A stretch of DNA of 64,000 nt from Eledone cirrhosa (lineage: Eukaryota), in NCBI GenBank assembly GCA_964016885.1, contig OZ024745.1, positions 96,534,001 through 96,598,000 on the forward strand, read 5' to 3'. Of the stretch, positions 1 through 15,092 are shown in pieces; position 1 is the stretch's first letter, and every line of letters begins with the position of its first letter. The notes beneath the pieces were generated by a model. It was not told where the DNA came from and searched no databases. It saw only the letters and a program-made list of their open reading frames with translations. The position numbers were made by a program, and so were the translations under genes.

Positions 1-499
1 ACATGCACACATATACACACAACCGAACGGGGCGAAGACTTCAAGAACATCATCTTTGTCAGTTCCCTTGTCGTTTTAAATTGGATTGCCTCGAGAACGG
101 AACCTTATTATGTAAGAAGCTGTTTGATGAGATCATGCTACTGGTCAGGCGGTATCGCGTAGCTACTGTCGTCATTGAAATATGTATTACAGCCTTATCA
201 ATAAAGGACTTCAACATCTGAAACTACTTGGCATTTTCTTATTATAAATTCCAACCATTTGGGATGTTAATATGGACTTTAGAAATCTGACAATGAGAAA
301 TGAACTGAGATAGACTGTGATATTATCTTAAATCAGGCATGCCGTGAGAATACAACCGGGATATAAAAATTACCGCTTATGTATGAGTATATCATAAATA
401 GAAATTTCAGAATATTGGGGAAAATATATATAGCATTAGAATATAGTCTATAATACTGTGTTTATGAAGTTTGCTTGGTACTGTATGATATTTTCCGTG

Positions 500-720
500 T
501 CATTTACCATAGCCACGGGTTGACCCATACCTTGTGAGTGATATTGAGTTGATGGAAACTGTGTGGCAGCTCGTCGGGTCACCCTTGACACACAGTATCA
601 CGCTAATCTCCCTCCCTGAGAATTACATTAAGGGTACACAAGTCGTGGGAATGTTTAATTTCATGAACAAGTTGTTTTGCTGAACTAACAACTGGAATGT
701 TCATCGCCGAAACGGACGGA
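500..720 (+). mobile_element. Degenerate SINE-like dispersed repeat, related to 13335-13580
   Basis: Colinear shared motifs in both copies: cgggttgac..ccttgt.agt, gaattac...agggtacac, aatt(t)catga.ca, ctggaa...tca.cg.cgaa. Non-coding; family not identified. Confidence 0.45.
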
Positions 721-1091
721 GATTCATTCTACGATAATGTACTGATAATGTACTGTCTACGGTAATTTAGTTAATATCTAAATAAATGAAAAATACTCAA
801 CGTTTGTGAACTTGAGAAAAAGAATTAAAGAGAACAAGTCGTAAATAAGAATTTGTAAAAATTTTAAGATTCGTAGACAAAAATTCTCTAGTGCCGATCT
901 TGCAATAACTTACGACAAGAAAATGGGAAATAAAAAAAGACAGTGGAAACGTAGAAATAAATATAAAAATAAGAAAGGTAAGAAAAAAAAGCACAAAAAA
1001 AAACAACACAGAAAGTTGCAAAGAGAGAAAATAACAGTTTTCTTATTTCTTTTTTTTTCTTGTCGACTCCACATAGTGGTGGTGAATGTAT

Positions 1092-1215
<124 letters not shown>

Positions 1216-1298
1216 AGCAACTAGGTTCTTTTTCGTTTTGGTTTTTCCACATTACTGATTCTGAATGAGTAAGAGAGAGAGAGGGCTAGAAAGAGAGT

Positions 1299-1367
<69 letters not shown>

Positions 1368-2065
1368 ATATATATATATATAGTTAGAGAAAGGGGAATG
1401 AAGGAGGAGACATTTTTTCATGAAGATAGTTGATAATTATTTTGCTTCGGTTTTTGGTTAGTTGTACAACTCTCCCTTGTGTCTTGGAACAACATTTTTT
1501 TTACAATATTTGCAAATCTAAAGCTATTATTATTAAGCATAGCTTAGCCTCAGCCTGAAGTATTTCGAAACTAGGGCAAATATACAATATGCTCGTTGGA
1601 AATCAATGCAAACTGGATCAGGAATGCAACATGAAATACATAGATCCAAATTCTATCAATTTGAATATTTAGATTCCATATTTCCCTAAGTAGTGTTAAC
1701 CACAATGACTACTATAATGATGATGATGATGGTTAAGCCAATGATATATACGTAGAAAATCAAATTTGTCTTAAGTATATTTTCTCTACTCCATTTTCAC
1801 ATCCTTACTCTTATTATGAATAGCGCGCAGGAATGCAAGAACCTTTATAGAAAAAAAATCGATGAGGATTGCTGTACAATTTCTTAGATAAATATAGGAT
1901 TATAGATATTTGGAAATATTTCATCTGTTAACCTCATCCCTACCGAGTTGTAAAACAGAACATTTTGAAAGGTTTGAAGGTTGTTTAATATCAGTCGCCG
2001 TTTCTAAAAAGGTTTATATAAAACTACTCTGTGATTCAGTCCACGAAATTAAAGATTTGTGGAGT

Positions 2066-2470
2066 GAATCAGAGCGGCTTTGAAGGCTCTCATGTACTAG
2101 ACCATCTAATACTGATCACAAGAGGCTTTCAAATATCTCTACGACTAGACTATATAATTCTGATTGGATATTAAACCATTGAATCACAGCGGTTTTGAAG
2201 GCTCTCATACGCTAGACTACCAAATACTGATCGAAGATTAAACCATTGAATCACAGTGGTTTTCAAGTCTCTCATACACTAGAGCACCAAATACTGATCG
2301 GAGATCTGACCATGGAATCACAGTGGTATTTAAGGATCTCATACACTGGAGCACCAAATACTGATCGGAGATTAAGCCATTGAATCAGAGAAGTTTTCAA
2401 GGATCTCATACACTAGACCACCAAATACTGATTGGAGATTAAACCATTCAAAATATAATGGTTTTCAAAT
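2066..2470. repeat. 67-bp minisatellite, about 6 degenerate units
   Basis: gaatcacag/gaatcagag recurs at 2181, 2248, 2315 and 2382 (period 67). Unit is approximately gaatcacagtggttttcaaggatctcatacactagaccaccaaatactgatcggagattaaaccatt. Confidence 0.9.
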
Positions 2471-2563
2471 GGGTTTATACATAATGTAAAGGGTGGTATG
2501 CTGAATTACATATGCCAAAACTTCCCAGTTTTCTGAAATTTCCATGCTGAAAATCTCTCTATC

Positions 2564-2699
<136 letters not shown>

Positions 2700-2734
2700 A
2701 TATATATGCACAGATAGAGAGATTTTCAACATGG

Positions 2735-2793
<59 letters not shown>

Positions 2794-2794
<1 letters not shown>

Positions 2795-2986
2795 ACAAAG
2801 AGGGTGTGGTAAGATACCAAGTGGACCTAACGCACCAGAGTACTCAATACTTAGGTTAGTAGAGGGAGTAATAGGAAGAGAGTCGGGACCCCGACGCTGA
2901 GCTCCGGCCGTTTCGACAGCTAGATCCGAGTTCGGATCTAGCTGTCGAAACGGCCGGAGCTCAGCCGTCCTGGTCCCGACTCTCTT

Positions 2987-2990
<4 letters not shown>
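2794..2990. mobile_element. Penelope-type terminal remnant with fold-back hairpin, inserted in (TA)n (family copy 1)
   Basis: 2794-2890 matches 22747-22844 and the reverse complement of 63121-63202. Near-perfect palindrome 2872-2990 contains the hammerhead 3' half GAAAC-GGC..GCC-GTC. Confidence 0.7.
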
Positions 2991-3031
<41 letters not shown>

Positions 3032-3453
3032 AATGTAAGCTCTTGAGACGGAAAAAAAGTGGACAAAATAACCTGCCACATTCTTCCAGTATACTGGAAG
3101 GGCTTCTTACCGTGCCTTACGGCAGAGGGCTGATTGGATTTGTGTGGGTGATTCTGTGCACTTCTTCCATCTCAGGGGGGTATATCCCTGATTTTATTGA
3201 ACTATTTTATAATTAGCACATAGTGAAGTAACCTTGGCAAAAGAACAAAACTATATTCATAAATTTCAATCTTACTACATGCTTCCTTCTATTATAAATC
3301 AATATGCACACGAAGAACTTGAGATAAAGAACAATCATTTTACTATATGGTGTTTAATGTAGTGATATAGAAGTGTGTGTGTATATGTGGGTGAAGATGG
3401 GAGGAGATTAGGATTACGCAGGCAATATTTAGATTTTGTTTTTTATTTGTGCA

Positions 3454-3584
<131 letters not shown>

Positions 3585-3759
3585 TGAGAGAGAGGGAGAG
3601 AGAGAGAGCGAGAGAGAGAGATTATCAATATAACAATCGTGAAAGTTAATGTTTGTTTTGAACCAGCGCGACTATTTCGCAATGCATCTTTAGAGATGTT
3701 CTGATACATATCCATATCTATCCCAGATTAATCCAACGGTAAAAAAATATATAGTTGAT

Positions 3760-3815
3760 TAAATCAAAGTGGTGCCTCAGCATGGCCGCAGTCTAATGAT
3801 TGAAACCTGTAAAAT
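3760..3815 (+). mobile_element. SINE 3'-end fragment
   Basis: gtggtgcctcagcatggccgcagtctaatgattgaaacctgtaaaa resembles a cephalopod SINE tail; recognised from memory, not searched. Confidence 0.45.
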
Positions 3816-4090
3816 AATTTTAAAAAAAAGTTAACAGACTATATGGTAGGATGTAAATGAGTTATATTTTTTGTTCGTATGAATACTAATTAGTGATGTC
3901 TTTACAGAGATTCTTGGGCTACCTAATATATCAAATCCAATAGCTTCATAACAAAAGATCACCCAAAGTTATATTCGTCCTACGAAAAATAACAAGATGC
4001 AAATATGTATACAGTATATAAATACAAATAATGTACGTAAGCTGAATTTTTGAACTTTTAAGTGTTGAGTATATATATATATTTATATTT

Positions 4091-4237
<147 letters not shown>

Positions 4238-4320
4238 CACATACATACATACACTGTGAAACTGGTCAAGTAAAAAAATGAATATTCTTAAAGATTCCAG
4301 TTGCATTTTCAATTTATTTT

Positions 4321-4801
<481 letters not shown>

Positions 4802-4861
4802 CACACACATATACATACACACATACACACATACACACACACATATCTATAATATATATAT

Positions 4862-5661
4862 AAATGAAGTATTTCCGAGGGAAAGGTAAAGGCAAAGAGA
4901 GTGCTCTATGTAGGCTACAGAGCTTTCTAGTTATGTAATAAACAACATAAGATAATTATTTCATTTACCATTGGTTTCTTGAAGACAGATATTTATATCT
5001 GTCTTCAGTCGCCAGAACGAATAAAATGGTGTGTTTATTGAATATGAATTTGAAAACAAAATTTAGGAAATATGAAAGTGAGGCTGAAATCGAATAACGG
5101 GCAAAAAATTGAGGGGAAAAATATATAAATGAATATCCATAACATAAACATACACACACTCAAACACCTGCTTATACGTAATTGCACGTAGTAGACACAC
5201 ACAAATATATACATACACACACACATGCACATACATATACGCACTCATATATATATTTGTGTATATGAGTATGGAGAGATGTGCATGTGTGTATATATAG
5301 ACTTTACGTTATTATTGAGTACATGTGTGAGTGTGAGCCTGTGTTTGCGCATATCTGAGCAAAAGACCACACGTTTTATGTGTCTGTTCGTATGTCCATG
5401 TAGACGCACATACGCTTATGTGAGAATGTATACTACTACGTGCAATTACGTATAAGCGCGTGTTTGAGTGTGTGTATCTTTATGTTCTGGATATTCATTT
5501 ATATACATATTTTTCCCCTCAATTTTTTGCCCGTTATTCGATTTCAGCCTCACTTTCATATTTCCTAAATTTTGTTTTCAAATTCATATTCAATAAACAC
5601 ACCATTTTATTCGTCTTCAAGAAACCACTGGTAAAAGAAATAATTATCTTATGTTGTTTAT

Positions 5662-5667
<6 letters not shown>
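4862..5667. mobile_element. (TA)n-flanked inverted-repeat element (Penelope-type inverted pLTR)
   Basis: Arms about 4934-5195 and 5432-5666 are reverse complements; unpaired tail 4862-4933; hammerhead in the left arm. Confidence 0.7.
4960..5021 (-). ncRNA. Type I hammerhead ribozyme motif with one core substitution
   Basis: Minus strand: TTCGTT CTGGCGA C TGAAGACAGATAT AA ATATCTGTCTTCA A GAAAC CAATG GTA AATGAA. Stem I TTCGTT/AATGAA, 13-bp stem II, minimal stem III; core CUGGCGA versus CUGANGA. Confidence 0.7.
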
Positions 5668-6198
<531 letters not shown>

Positions 6199-6902
6199 AA
6201 ATAGGGAGAAAATGACTATTATTAGGAAGAAAAATATTTTTTTTCCCTTTATTTTTTTCTCTTTTTTTTTCTGGGTTAGAAAATGTTTAAAACAAAATAT
6301 TTTACTTTGTGTGAAGTATTAAAAATATTTTACTTTGTGTGAAGTTCATTTATTTATTAATTAACAATGGCATTTATTTATTTATTTATATATTCAATAA
6401 TTGTCTATTACCGGTTTCAGCATTTTATGCATTATCAAAGGGAGGACTTGGTATAAAATTGGTATAAAATGTTGGAGAGAAGATAAGGTGATATTGAACA
6501 TGTTAAGGAAATGGGAAAGAAAGAATAATATTATTTACAAACAAGGTTTGTCTTTTCTCTCTCCTCAAAATTCGCCCGTTCTTATATTCTTTACGTTGCT
6601 TCACACTTCGGGTCTGTTTACATGTTAGTATCTCCCCCCCCCCCTTTCTTTTATCCCAATAACTTATTTTAGTTATTGTTTCGCCCTAGGCTGAGGTATA
6701 TTGTCTCTAACGCGAAGAAATATCTATGATTCCTAGTAGACAACTGATGACGGATACTCCTCCCTTTCGCCCGTAACTTTTATTTTTCATTATATATATA
6801 TATATATATAGTGAAAAATGGAACGGGAACAAAACAGAGAGGTAGTACAAACAAAGGTTTATTAGTTTCACGCTCTTGAGAGTGGGGGTGGCGTTGGGGA
6901 AC

Positions 6903-6930
6903 GACGTTTCGGGCATAAGCTCTTCTTCAG
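6903..6930 (-). ncRNA. Minimal hammerhead ribozyme core of the Penelope pLTR
   Basis: Minus strand CTGAAGA AGAGC TTAT GCCC GAAAC GTCG, the typical PLE minimal hammerhead layout with one stem II mismatch. Confidence 0.75.
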
Positions 6931-8443
6931 GAGAAAAGTGGGTGGGAAGAGAGTTCCGAGGGTGTGTGGGGCAGTGGTGGAGAGACATTTAGAAAAGGGG
7001 GGAGGGAAGGGAGGAAAAACGGTGGAAGGGGTACAAATAAAAATTAAAATAAACATGAAGATAAACAAGTGGTGGAAGGGTGTGGGGTGTGTAAGGGTGG
7101 TGACGGGTGGAGTGGGGAGAGGGAGGCAGGGTGTCCGAGCGGGGAGGGCTGAAGGTGGTGTATGTGTGTAGGTGTACCTGTGTGTGTGTGTGTATGTGAA
7201 TGTGAGAGTTGGGGGTAGAACGAGGTTCGATGTTCAGGAAAAGGTGTGTTGTGGGGTGGAGTGTAAGACGGTGTGTGCGTGCGTGTGGATCGGGAGGGGT
7301 CATAGGGGGGAGGGAGAGGTGGGGGAAGACGATTCCGGAGGCTGAGTGTGTATATATTTGGGAGTACGCACGTGTGTGTTGGTGTTTATACGTTTTGTGG
7401 ATGTAGGTGGCGTGGTTCGAAAAGAAATTGTGAGTGTATGTCCGTGGGTAAGTTCTTAAGGTAGTTCCGTAGAGGGTGTGAAGAATTGCCGGGTATTTTC
7501 CATGTTATGGAGTGGATAGTGGGAACGATGGGTAATGGTGTGTAATCCGTGGTTGTGGTAGTCGGAAGAAGGGAGATGTGGTGTGCGCGCGCAACAGGAA
7601 GTAGTCAGAGGGTCAAGGCAGGATGAGGGTAGAGGAGAATGACAGGTGGAGACGACTGTGTGTCTGTGTGTGCGGAGATGTGGTCAGAGGGTCAAGGCAG
7701 AAGGCATAGCAGCAGTAGAGGAGAATGGCAGGTGCAGAAAGTCAGTGTGTCAGTGTGTGCGGAGGTGCGGTGGACAGGGAAGATGATGGGTAGGTGTGAA
7801 AGGTGGAGTGAGGAGGGGGTCATGCGGGGGATGGGGTGTGTATTAGTAGAGGTGTTAGTGGGAAGTGTGTGTGTGTGAAGGGGTGTGGGTGGAGCGGGGA
7901 GAGGGAGAGAAAAGGTGTGGTGGACGGTTGAGGGTGTGAAGTGTACTGGTGTGTGTGTGCGTGTTTGGATGAGTGTTTGTGTGGTGAAGAGGTGTTAGTG
8001 GGTGTTAATATACTGGTGGTGGGGAATGGGTTGAATGCGGGTGTGTTAGTGGGGGTCAGTGGTGGTAGGGTGTGTAGAGTGGGTGGTGTAAGTGGGTGTG
8101 GGTGGGTGGGTGTGTTCGTGTGCGTGGGGTCGGGGGATGTTAGTGGTATTAGTTGTGAGTGGTTGGAGTGGATGTGTGGGTGAGGGTAGGTGGTGGTAGT
8201 AGGGTGTGTGGATAGTGTGAGTGCGTATATTATGTACAGGTGGGTGTGTGCGTGATAGGGGGAGGGGTGAGGATGTTAGTATTGTTAGTTGGGGGAGGGT
8301 GGTCGGGGTGGGGTTGGGGTGTTAGTATTGTTAGTTGTGGGGTGGGCCAAGGGCGTGGGTGGTGAAAAGGAGGAGTGTGTTAGTGGTGTTAGTGGGGGAT
8401 ATGTGTGTGTGTGTGGGGGGGGGGGGACAAGGGCGGTCGAAGG

Positions 8444-9670
8444 CTAAAGGAATAGGGGTGCGGAGACCAGGCCGCGGGGAGTGTGGGTCTGTAGGGTGAA
8501 GATGGTGCGTTGTTCGACCCTGAGGCGGGTGGCGGGTGTTCCGTGGCATTGGAGTAGGCCACAGACTGTGAGGTGGTGCGCGAAATGTCCAGGGGAGCCA
8601 AGGTGGCGGGCGATGGGGAACTCCCGCCGAGACGAATATCCCGGAGGTGTTCGGTCAAACGGTCCGCCAGGCGCCGTCCAGTCTGTCCGACGTAGGTTGC
8701 GCTGCACTCCGTGCAGCGAAGTCCATAGACTAGGTTGGAGGTGGTGCCGGTCAGAGAGAGAGTGGCCGTTGGGACCCTGGAAGGTGGTGGTGTTGGTGAT
8801 GTGTGGACAGGTGTTGCAACGAGGCCTGGAACAGGGAAGGGAACCGGGGGGGGAGTTGGGGGGAGGTTGGAGCTGCGGACGAGGAGGGTGCAGAGAATGC
8901 GTGCGCGTTTTAAAGGAGGGGAGTGGTGGGGATGGGAAGATGTGGGAGGTGGAGGGGTCGGACTGGAGGCGTCGGAAGAGGCGGAGGGATGGGTAGGGTG
9001 GAGGGGTGGTAGGTGATGGGGAAGGGGAGACGGTGGGTGGGTGTGCGGTGGCGTGGGGTGAGGGTGGTGGAGCTCTGGACAGCACGGGCGCGAGTGAGGG
9101 CGGTGTGGCGAGGAGGGGTAACCTCGCCGGATGAAATGTGTGACTAGGGAAAGGCCTGCGACTCAAAGTCAGCATCTCGGCTGCAGAGGCGGCGGATCCT
9201 GAAGAGTTGGGAGTAGGGAATAGAGTGTTTAGTGTGTGTAGGGTGGGAGGAGGTGAAGTCGAGGTAGGAGTGGGAGTCGGTTGTTTTTGAAGAAGGAGGA
9301 GGTGATGAGGGAGTGGTGGTAGGGGTCGCTGGCGATGGAGATGTCTAAGACGTGGACGTAGGTGGTGGAGATATAGGTGGTGAAGTGGAGGGAGGGGTGG
9401 AAGGAGCAGAAGAAGGAGAGAAAGGAGTCGAGCTGTTCTCGGGTGAGGGTCGTGGCTCCGATACAGTCGTCGATGTAACGACCGTACAGTTCGGGCGTGG
9501 GGCTGGTGTACTGGGCAAAGATTTGGGTCTCAACATGGCCAACGAAAAGGTTGGCATAGTTTGGGCCCATTCTTTTGCCTATGGCTACCCCCGTGACCTG
9601 TTGGTAAAACTCACCCGTGAAGGAGAAGCAGTTGAGGGTGAGGACCAGCTCGGCGAAGCGAAGGAGGGTA
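8444..9670 (-). pseudogene. Penelope RT/GIY-YIG ORF remnant, frameshifted
   Basis: ORF-track pieces 9229-9780 (RT motifs), 8444-9175 and 8389-8658 (EHLRDIR). Confidence 0.85.
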
Positions 9671-10033
9671 CATAAATTCGCATACCTTTTGATGTTTATA
9701 GATATACACGTGCCGACACGCACACATACACATACGCACACATGTATTGCACATTGATGGGTGCATTCATATTTGTACACAAGTATCCCATACAGTAGAG
9801 CCTAATGGATTCCCCTTGCAGTACGTACAATCTGGACTCACACACGCCTTGTTGTTATGACAATACTATACATCATTTCACCTCTTCTATTGTTGATGTT
9901 ATTGATGTTCTTTTGAGACAATCGTTTTTGCAAATGACTGAAAATATCGAATAATGTACGCCATTTTTACCAGTACCACAAAAATACTGGTCCATCCATC
10001 CACACACACACACACATGCACACGCGAACACTA

Positions 10034-10091
<58 letters not shown>

Positions 10092-10816
10092 CTCCGTATA
10101 AGACAAGAGCTGAAAAATATGTTTCAACATCTTAAAATAAAGCCCCCCCCCCCCACACACACACACGTACACACACATTCCTACTGACCGATTCATTTTC
10201 ATTATCACAACAATGAACCACTTTGCTACACACACACACACTCACACACACAGATACACAGACACAAACACATATTTGTCTTAATAGGCACCTGAACTGT
10301 TGACCTCTCAACATGACTGCAACTCAATCAAGCGGAAAAGGACACTCTTCGACAAACCTACATTTGGCACGAAACCAGTTCGCGCTAAAATCAATTTAAA
10401 CATTCACGTGACTTCTACCGACCAATCAAAATTGTTTTGACTACAAGAATTTTTGCAACACGAATTGGCGCGAAATTTATAGTGCTTATTCACGTGACAT
10501 TCAACAACCAACCAAATCTTAATACCCCCCCCCCCTCCCCCCGCAAGCCACTTTTTTCACATAAAACAGCAAGAATTTCCAAAACTGATCAGATTAGAGC
10601 AAAAATCACGAGCACTCTATCTCAAAATTACTTTTGAAAAGCATAAGAATTGCGCAACCGGTAAAAACTTAAAACTAAAACTGAATACTAACTAATACTT
10701 ATTACTAATTTATACTTATTCCTAATTAAACTATTTTTCACTGGGAAAAATTTGTCAGCATTTTCTTTTCCTTTTTACTAATATATCACAACTCGTGTGT
10801 CACACCTCTATTAAAA

Positions 10817-10850
<34 letters not shown>

Positions 10851-10856
10851 TATAAA

Positions 10857-11246
10857 TGTAATTTGATTTTTTCGAATATTTATAATATTATTTCATTCGT
10901 TTGCATTTATGCAAACAGCCTCTTTAAGTTATGTCAGTTGAATGACCCCGCATTCTTCCTCTTGTGTTGGCATATAAGCAGAACGGCAGACACTAATGTT
11001 TCTGGTTGATTACACTTCATCAGTACCTTATACTGCTTACCTGCCAACTGTCAGAGCTAATGAAAATATATGCAGTGTACGGTACTGGTGAAGTGTAATC
11101 ACCCAGAAACATTAGTGTCTGTCGTTCTGTTTATATGCCAACACAAGAGGAAGAATCACGGAGTCATTCAACTGACATAACTTAAAGAGGCTGTTTGCAT
11201 AAATGCAAACGAATCAAATATTATTAATATTCGAAAAACTCATATT

Positions 11247-11249
<3 letters not shown>
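10857..11249. mobile_element. Fold-back element with about 180-bp arms, each carrying a hammerhead motif
   Basis: 10857-11036 and 11072-11249 are reverse complements. GGTA CTGATGA..GAAAC ATTAGT GTC TGCC on minus (10985-11027); CTGGTGA variant on plus (11081-11123). Flanked by (TA)n/(CA)n. Confidence 0.8.
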
Positions 11250-11292
<43 letters not shown>

Positions 11293-11987
11293 CTAGTTTC
11301 AAAACGAATAAGGTACCACATACCAACAGCCTACTTGAACCATTTGAGGAAGACCTCTTTAAAATGATGACCTCCACCCATCCCAATCACCACCCTCTCC
11401 TACCACCAGAAAAGATATAAATACCACCATATTACTTGGACAGTCGGCTTCCTGATGATTTCTCTCGAATGAAACAGTTCTAGTCCTGTAGAAGCCATTT
11501 CTATATTAAATATATAAATATATATATATATTTGTGCGTGTGTGTGTGTGGACATACACCCACATATGTGTATGTGTGTACACACACACACACACTTGAG
11601 CGTGTGTGGCATGCAATAGCTAAAATATTTAAATGAATAAGAGGAATCCTGGAGAGTTATTCATTCATACATTCATAAGTTCATTCTTCTTTTATCCAAT
11701 TATCCGTTCATTCAGCCATTGTTTTCATTCTTCTACAGTCTGCCACACACACAGAAAAAAAGGAAAAGAAAATAGATATGATGTGAACACACTATTTATG
11801 TACCTTTTAAGATGGGGGAACTTTTGTAATTGTGTTTAATCTCTTATTACAAGAAGAATTAGCTATAATTGATGCGGCAGAATTTACTATCCCCCCCCCC
11901 CATCTCTCTCTATTTTTCTCGCTAGCTCTCTCACTCTCACACACACCATCTCTCTCGCTCTCTCTCACTCACTCACTAGCTCTCTCC

Positions 11988-12029
<42 letters not shown>

Positions 12030-12042
12030 TTCACTCTCTTAG

Positions 12043-12074
<32 letters not shown>

Positions 12075-12717
12075 CTCCCACTCACTCATTAGCTCTCTCA
12101 ATATATATATATATATTTCTCTCACTCTCTTACCACCTCTTTATCTATCTCTCTCTCTACATATATATAGCTCTCAGTCCCTATCACTAGCTACCTCCCT
12201 CTCTCTCTTTTAACTGTCACTCCCTCTCTCTCTATATATATGTGCCCCTCTTTCACACAAACACGTATATGCACCATCTTTTTGTCTCTCCCCACTCTAG
12301 CTCTATCTTTCTGACACACATTGGCTCTCTAAGAGTGCAATCGACCTTACGTTTCGCTTCTCTAATTAACAGTGAATCAGACCTGTTCTGAAATACTTTG
12401 ACACTCACATTTCGTTCCTGTTGAAAAGCCGGGTTTGGCCTCGGTCTTTGCTGATTGAACAGTTGCAACAGCAGCAGCAGCAGCAGCAGCAGCAAAAACA
12501 ACAACAACAATAATAGCAGCATGAGAAGCAGCAACAATTTTAGAAATATCATGTTACTTTTCGTGATAATTGTTTAAAGTTAGTTAATATTTACCTTACT
12601 TAATGTCAATAAATTTATAATTTCTATAGTTTATCTTAGCAATCGCCGCTGAGAGTTTGCTGCGGTGCTATACACAGATATTTGTTCGAATTTATTGTGC
12701 TTCTTTTTACAGTTATA

Positions 12718-13290
12718 GTTTATATATGGATGTAGCATGTTGCCGAATTTATATATGGATGTAGCATGTTGCCGAGTTTATATATGGATGTAGCATGGTG
12801 CCGAATTTATAAATGGATGTAGCATGTTGCCGAGTTTATATATGGATGTAGCATGTTGCCAAATTTATAAACGGATGTAACTTGTTGCCGAGTTTATATA
12901 TGGATGTAGCATGTTGCCAAGTTTAAATATGGATGGAACATGGCGCCGTATTTATATATGGATGCAGCGTGGTGCCAAGTTTATATATGGATGCAATATG
13001 GCGTCTAATTTATATATGGATGCAGCAAGCTACCAAGTTTATATGTGGATGCAATATGACGTCGAGGACGTCGAGTTTATATAAGGACACAATATGGCGT
13101 CGAGTTTATATATGGACACAATGTGGCGTCGAATTTATATATGGTTGGAGCATGGCGTCAAGTTTATATATAGACGTAGCATGTTGCCGAGTTTATATAT
13201 GGATGTAGCATGAGATCGAGTTTATATATGGATGTAGCATGTTGCCAAGTTTATATATGGATACAATATGGCGCCGAGCTTATATGTAGA
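12718..13290. repeat. 29-bp minisatellite, about 19-20 units
   Basis: Unit gagtttatatatggatgtagcatgttgcc repeated with increasing divergence. Confidence 0.92.
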
Positions 13291-13836
13291 CACAGTAGGG
13301 TATCGATGGCAAGTGACATTTATGATACAATAATCTCGGGTTGACACACGCCTTGTCAGTAAAAGAGAATAAATAGAAAATGTTTGGAAGCCTGTTTGGT
13401 GGACGGTGCTTGTGATTCAAACTACCCCGTTTTGGCACATATTGTGTTATGTTGAATCTTCCTGCGAATTACGATAGGGTACACGTGTTTGTGCAAAGCC
13501 CAGTCCCTTACAAGCCAATTCATGAGCAGCCTGTCCTGTTAATCGATCCTCTGGAAAATTCACCGTCGAATCCGACAGAAATCCATTCATCATCATAGTT
13601 TATATATTTTATATTTAGCTTTAAACTTTTTTCGTGAATTTCCTCGTTTGAGGAATTCCTTGATAATATTTTCGCTATCTCCGTCTCCGTCTCTGTAGAC
13701 ATTCTTTCTCTCCCTGATACATTACTCACCCCCCCCCCCCACACACGCACACATACATATGTGTTTGTGGGTACATACATAGATATGTATCTATAAATAC
13801 ACTCATATACATTATATATACATACATACATATTCC

Positions 13837-14762
13837 AGGGGGATATTCCAGCACCGAGCCTGTTTGCCATATACTTTGCGATGGTTTTCTATATTGCATT
13901 CAGGAATTGCGAGCATGGTGTTTACATCCGATATCGAACCTCAGACAGCATATTTAACATAAGGCGCTTTGCTACAAAAACAAAAGTATTTACATCAATC
14001 ATAACAGACCTCTTGTATGCAGATGATTGCGATCTTGTAGTGCACACAGGGAGTGATATGCAGCACATTTTGAATGCATTTTCTGATGCTTGCACTGCTG
14101 GATTGACTGTCAGTCTCAAGAAAACCGTCGTCATGTACCAACCTGCCACTGGTAAGCAGTACAGTGAACCAAATATCTATGTGTATGGTAAACGACTTGG
14201 AGTGGTTGATCAGTTTGTCTACCTGGGAAGCACTGTCAATCGATACAGCAACCTTGATAATGAAATACCACTCAGGATTAGGAAAGCATGTGATGCTTTC
14301 GGAAAGCTAGAAAGGCGAATCTGGGGTCGGCGAGACATATGCAAGAACACAAAGGTAAAAGTGTACAAGACATGTGTGCTCTCTTATCTTCTTTATGCCT
14401 GCGAGACCTGGGTCACATATCAACACCACCTTAAGCAATTGGAGCGTTTCCGTCGGATGTGTCTCAGACGGATCCATGGCGTTCACTGGAGGGACCACAT
14501 CAGTGATGTCGATATTTTGGAAAGCTTTCTGTGTGACAGTATAGAAGCTCTTGTGCTTAAACAAAGACTCGTTGGAGTGGTCACCTTGCCAGGATGAAGG
14601 ATTCTAGAATACCAAAACAACTCTTTTATGGAGAGTTAGTTAAAGGAAAACGACCTCCACATAAACCCCCAAAAGAGGTATAAGGATTCCTTGAAAGCCT
14701 CTTTGAAAGACGCTAACATCTCTGCTGATACATGGGAAAATGTTGCTGCTGATCGTAATCAG
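13837..14762 (+). pseudogene. RTE-clade (BovB-like) LINE RT fragment, truncated at both ends
   Basis: APSLFAIYF, DLLYADDC, GLTVSLKKT, FVYLGS, LLYACETW and RIPKQLFYGEL motifs; ORF 13881-14597 plus a frameshifted tail. Confidence 0.9.
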
Positions 14763-15092
14763 TTGTTTCAAATTGCCATTTACGGAAAATGTTTGTTGTT
14801 AAGTGTTTATAAGATCACATATATTGCTTTCGGAAAAGGACACTCAAAAAGATTGGGGCCTTGAGGCCAAAATTTAAATTTTTATAATTATCAAACAAAA
14901 GATTTCTTTGAAAAAATCATGGACGACTCACAGTTACACCAAGCTGACAGCCTCCCTCACAAACTAACACCTCACACCAACACCACCATTGTAAATATTA
15001 CTACGTTGCCAACACTAAAAATACAAGCAGTAGCAATAATTTAAATTTGTCTCATGTAAACATTCATTTCCCGCCATTACCAAAAACTGCAA

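Larger units (their letters stand above)
6811..9670 (-). mobile_element. 5'-truncated Penelope-like element (Neptune-type): RT, Cys motif, GIY-YIG, long C/A-rich 3' region and hammerhead terminus
   Basis: RT fragment LVLTLNCFSF..FYQQVTGVAIG..MGPNYANLF..YGRYIDD; PCSRPRCNTC Cys motif; GIY-YIG-like segment (frameshifted, YVGQT.R.L.DR..EH); AATAAA near 6860; 3' end abuts (TA)n. Confidence 0.85.

Noticed and set aside
3-221. 72-aa ORF with RTGRRLQEH (GIY-YIG-like)
   Set aside because: The motif is too short, with no other supporting residues.
2066-2470. 67-bp period resembling CRISPR repeat plus spacer
   Set aside because: The whole unit is repeated, so it is a minisatellite.
10300-10790. Possible DNA-transposon fragment
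   Set aside because: No TIR pair or TSD could be identified.
12718-13290. 29-bp repeats as a CRISPR array
   Set aside because: Units are contiguous with no unique spacers, there are no cas genes, and the context is eukaryotic.
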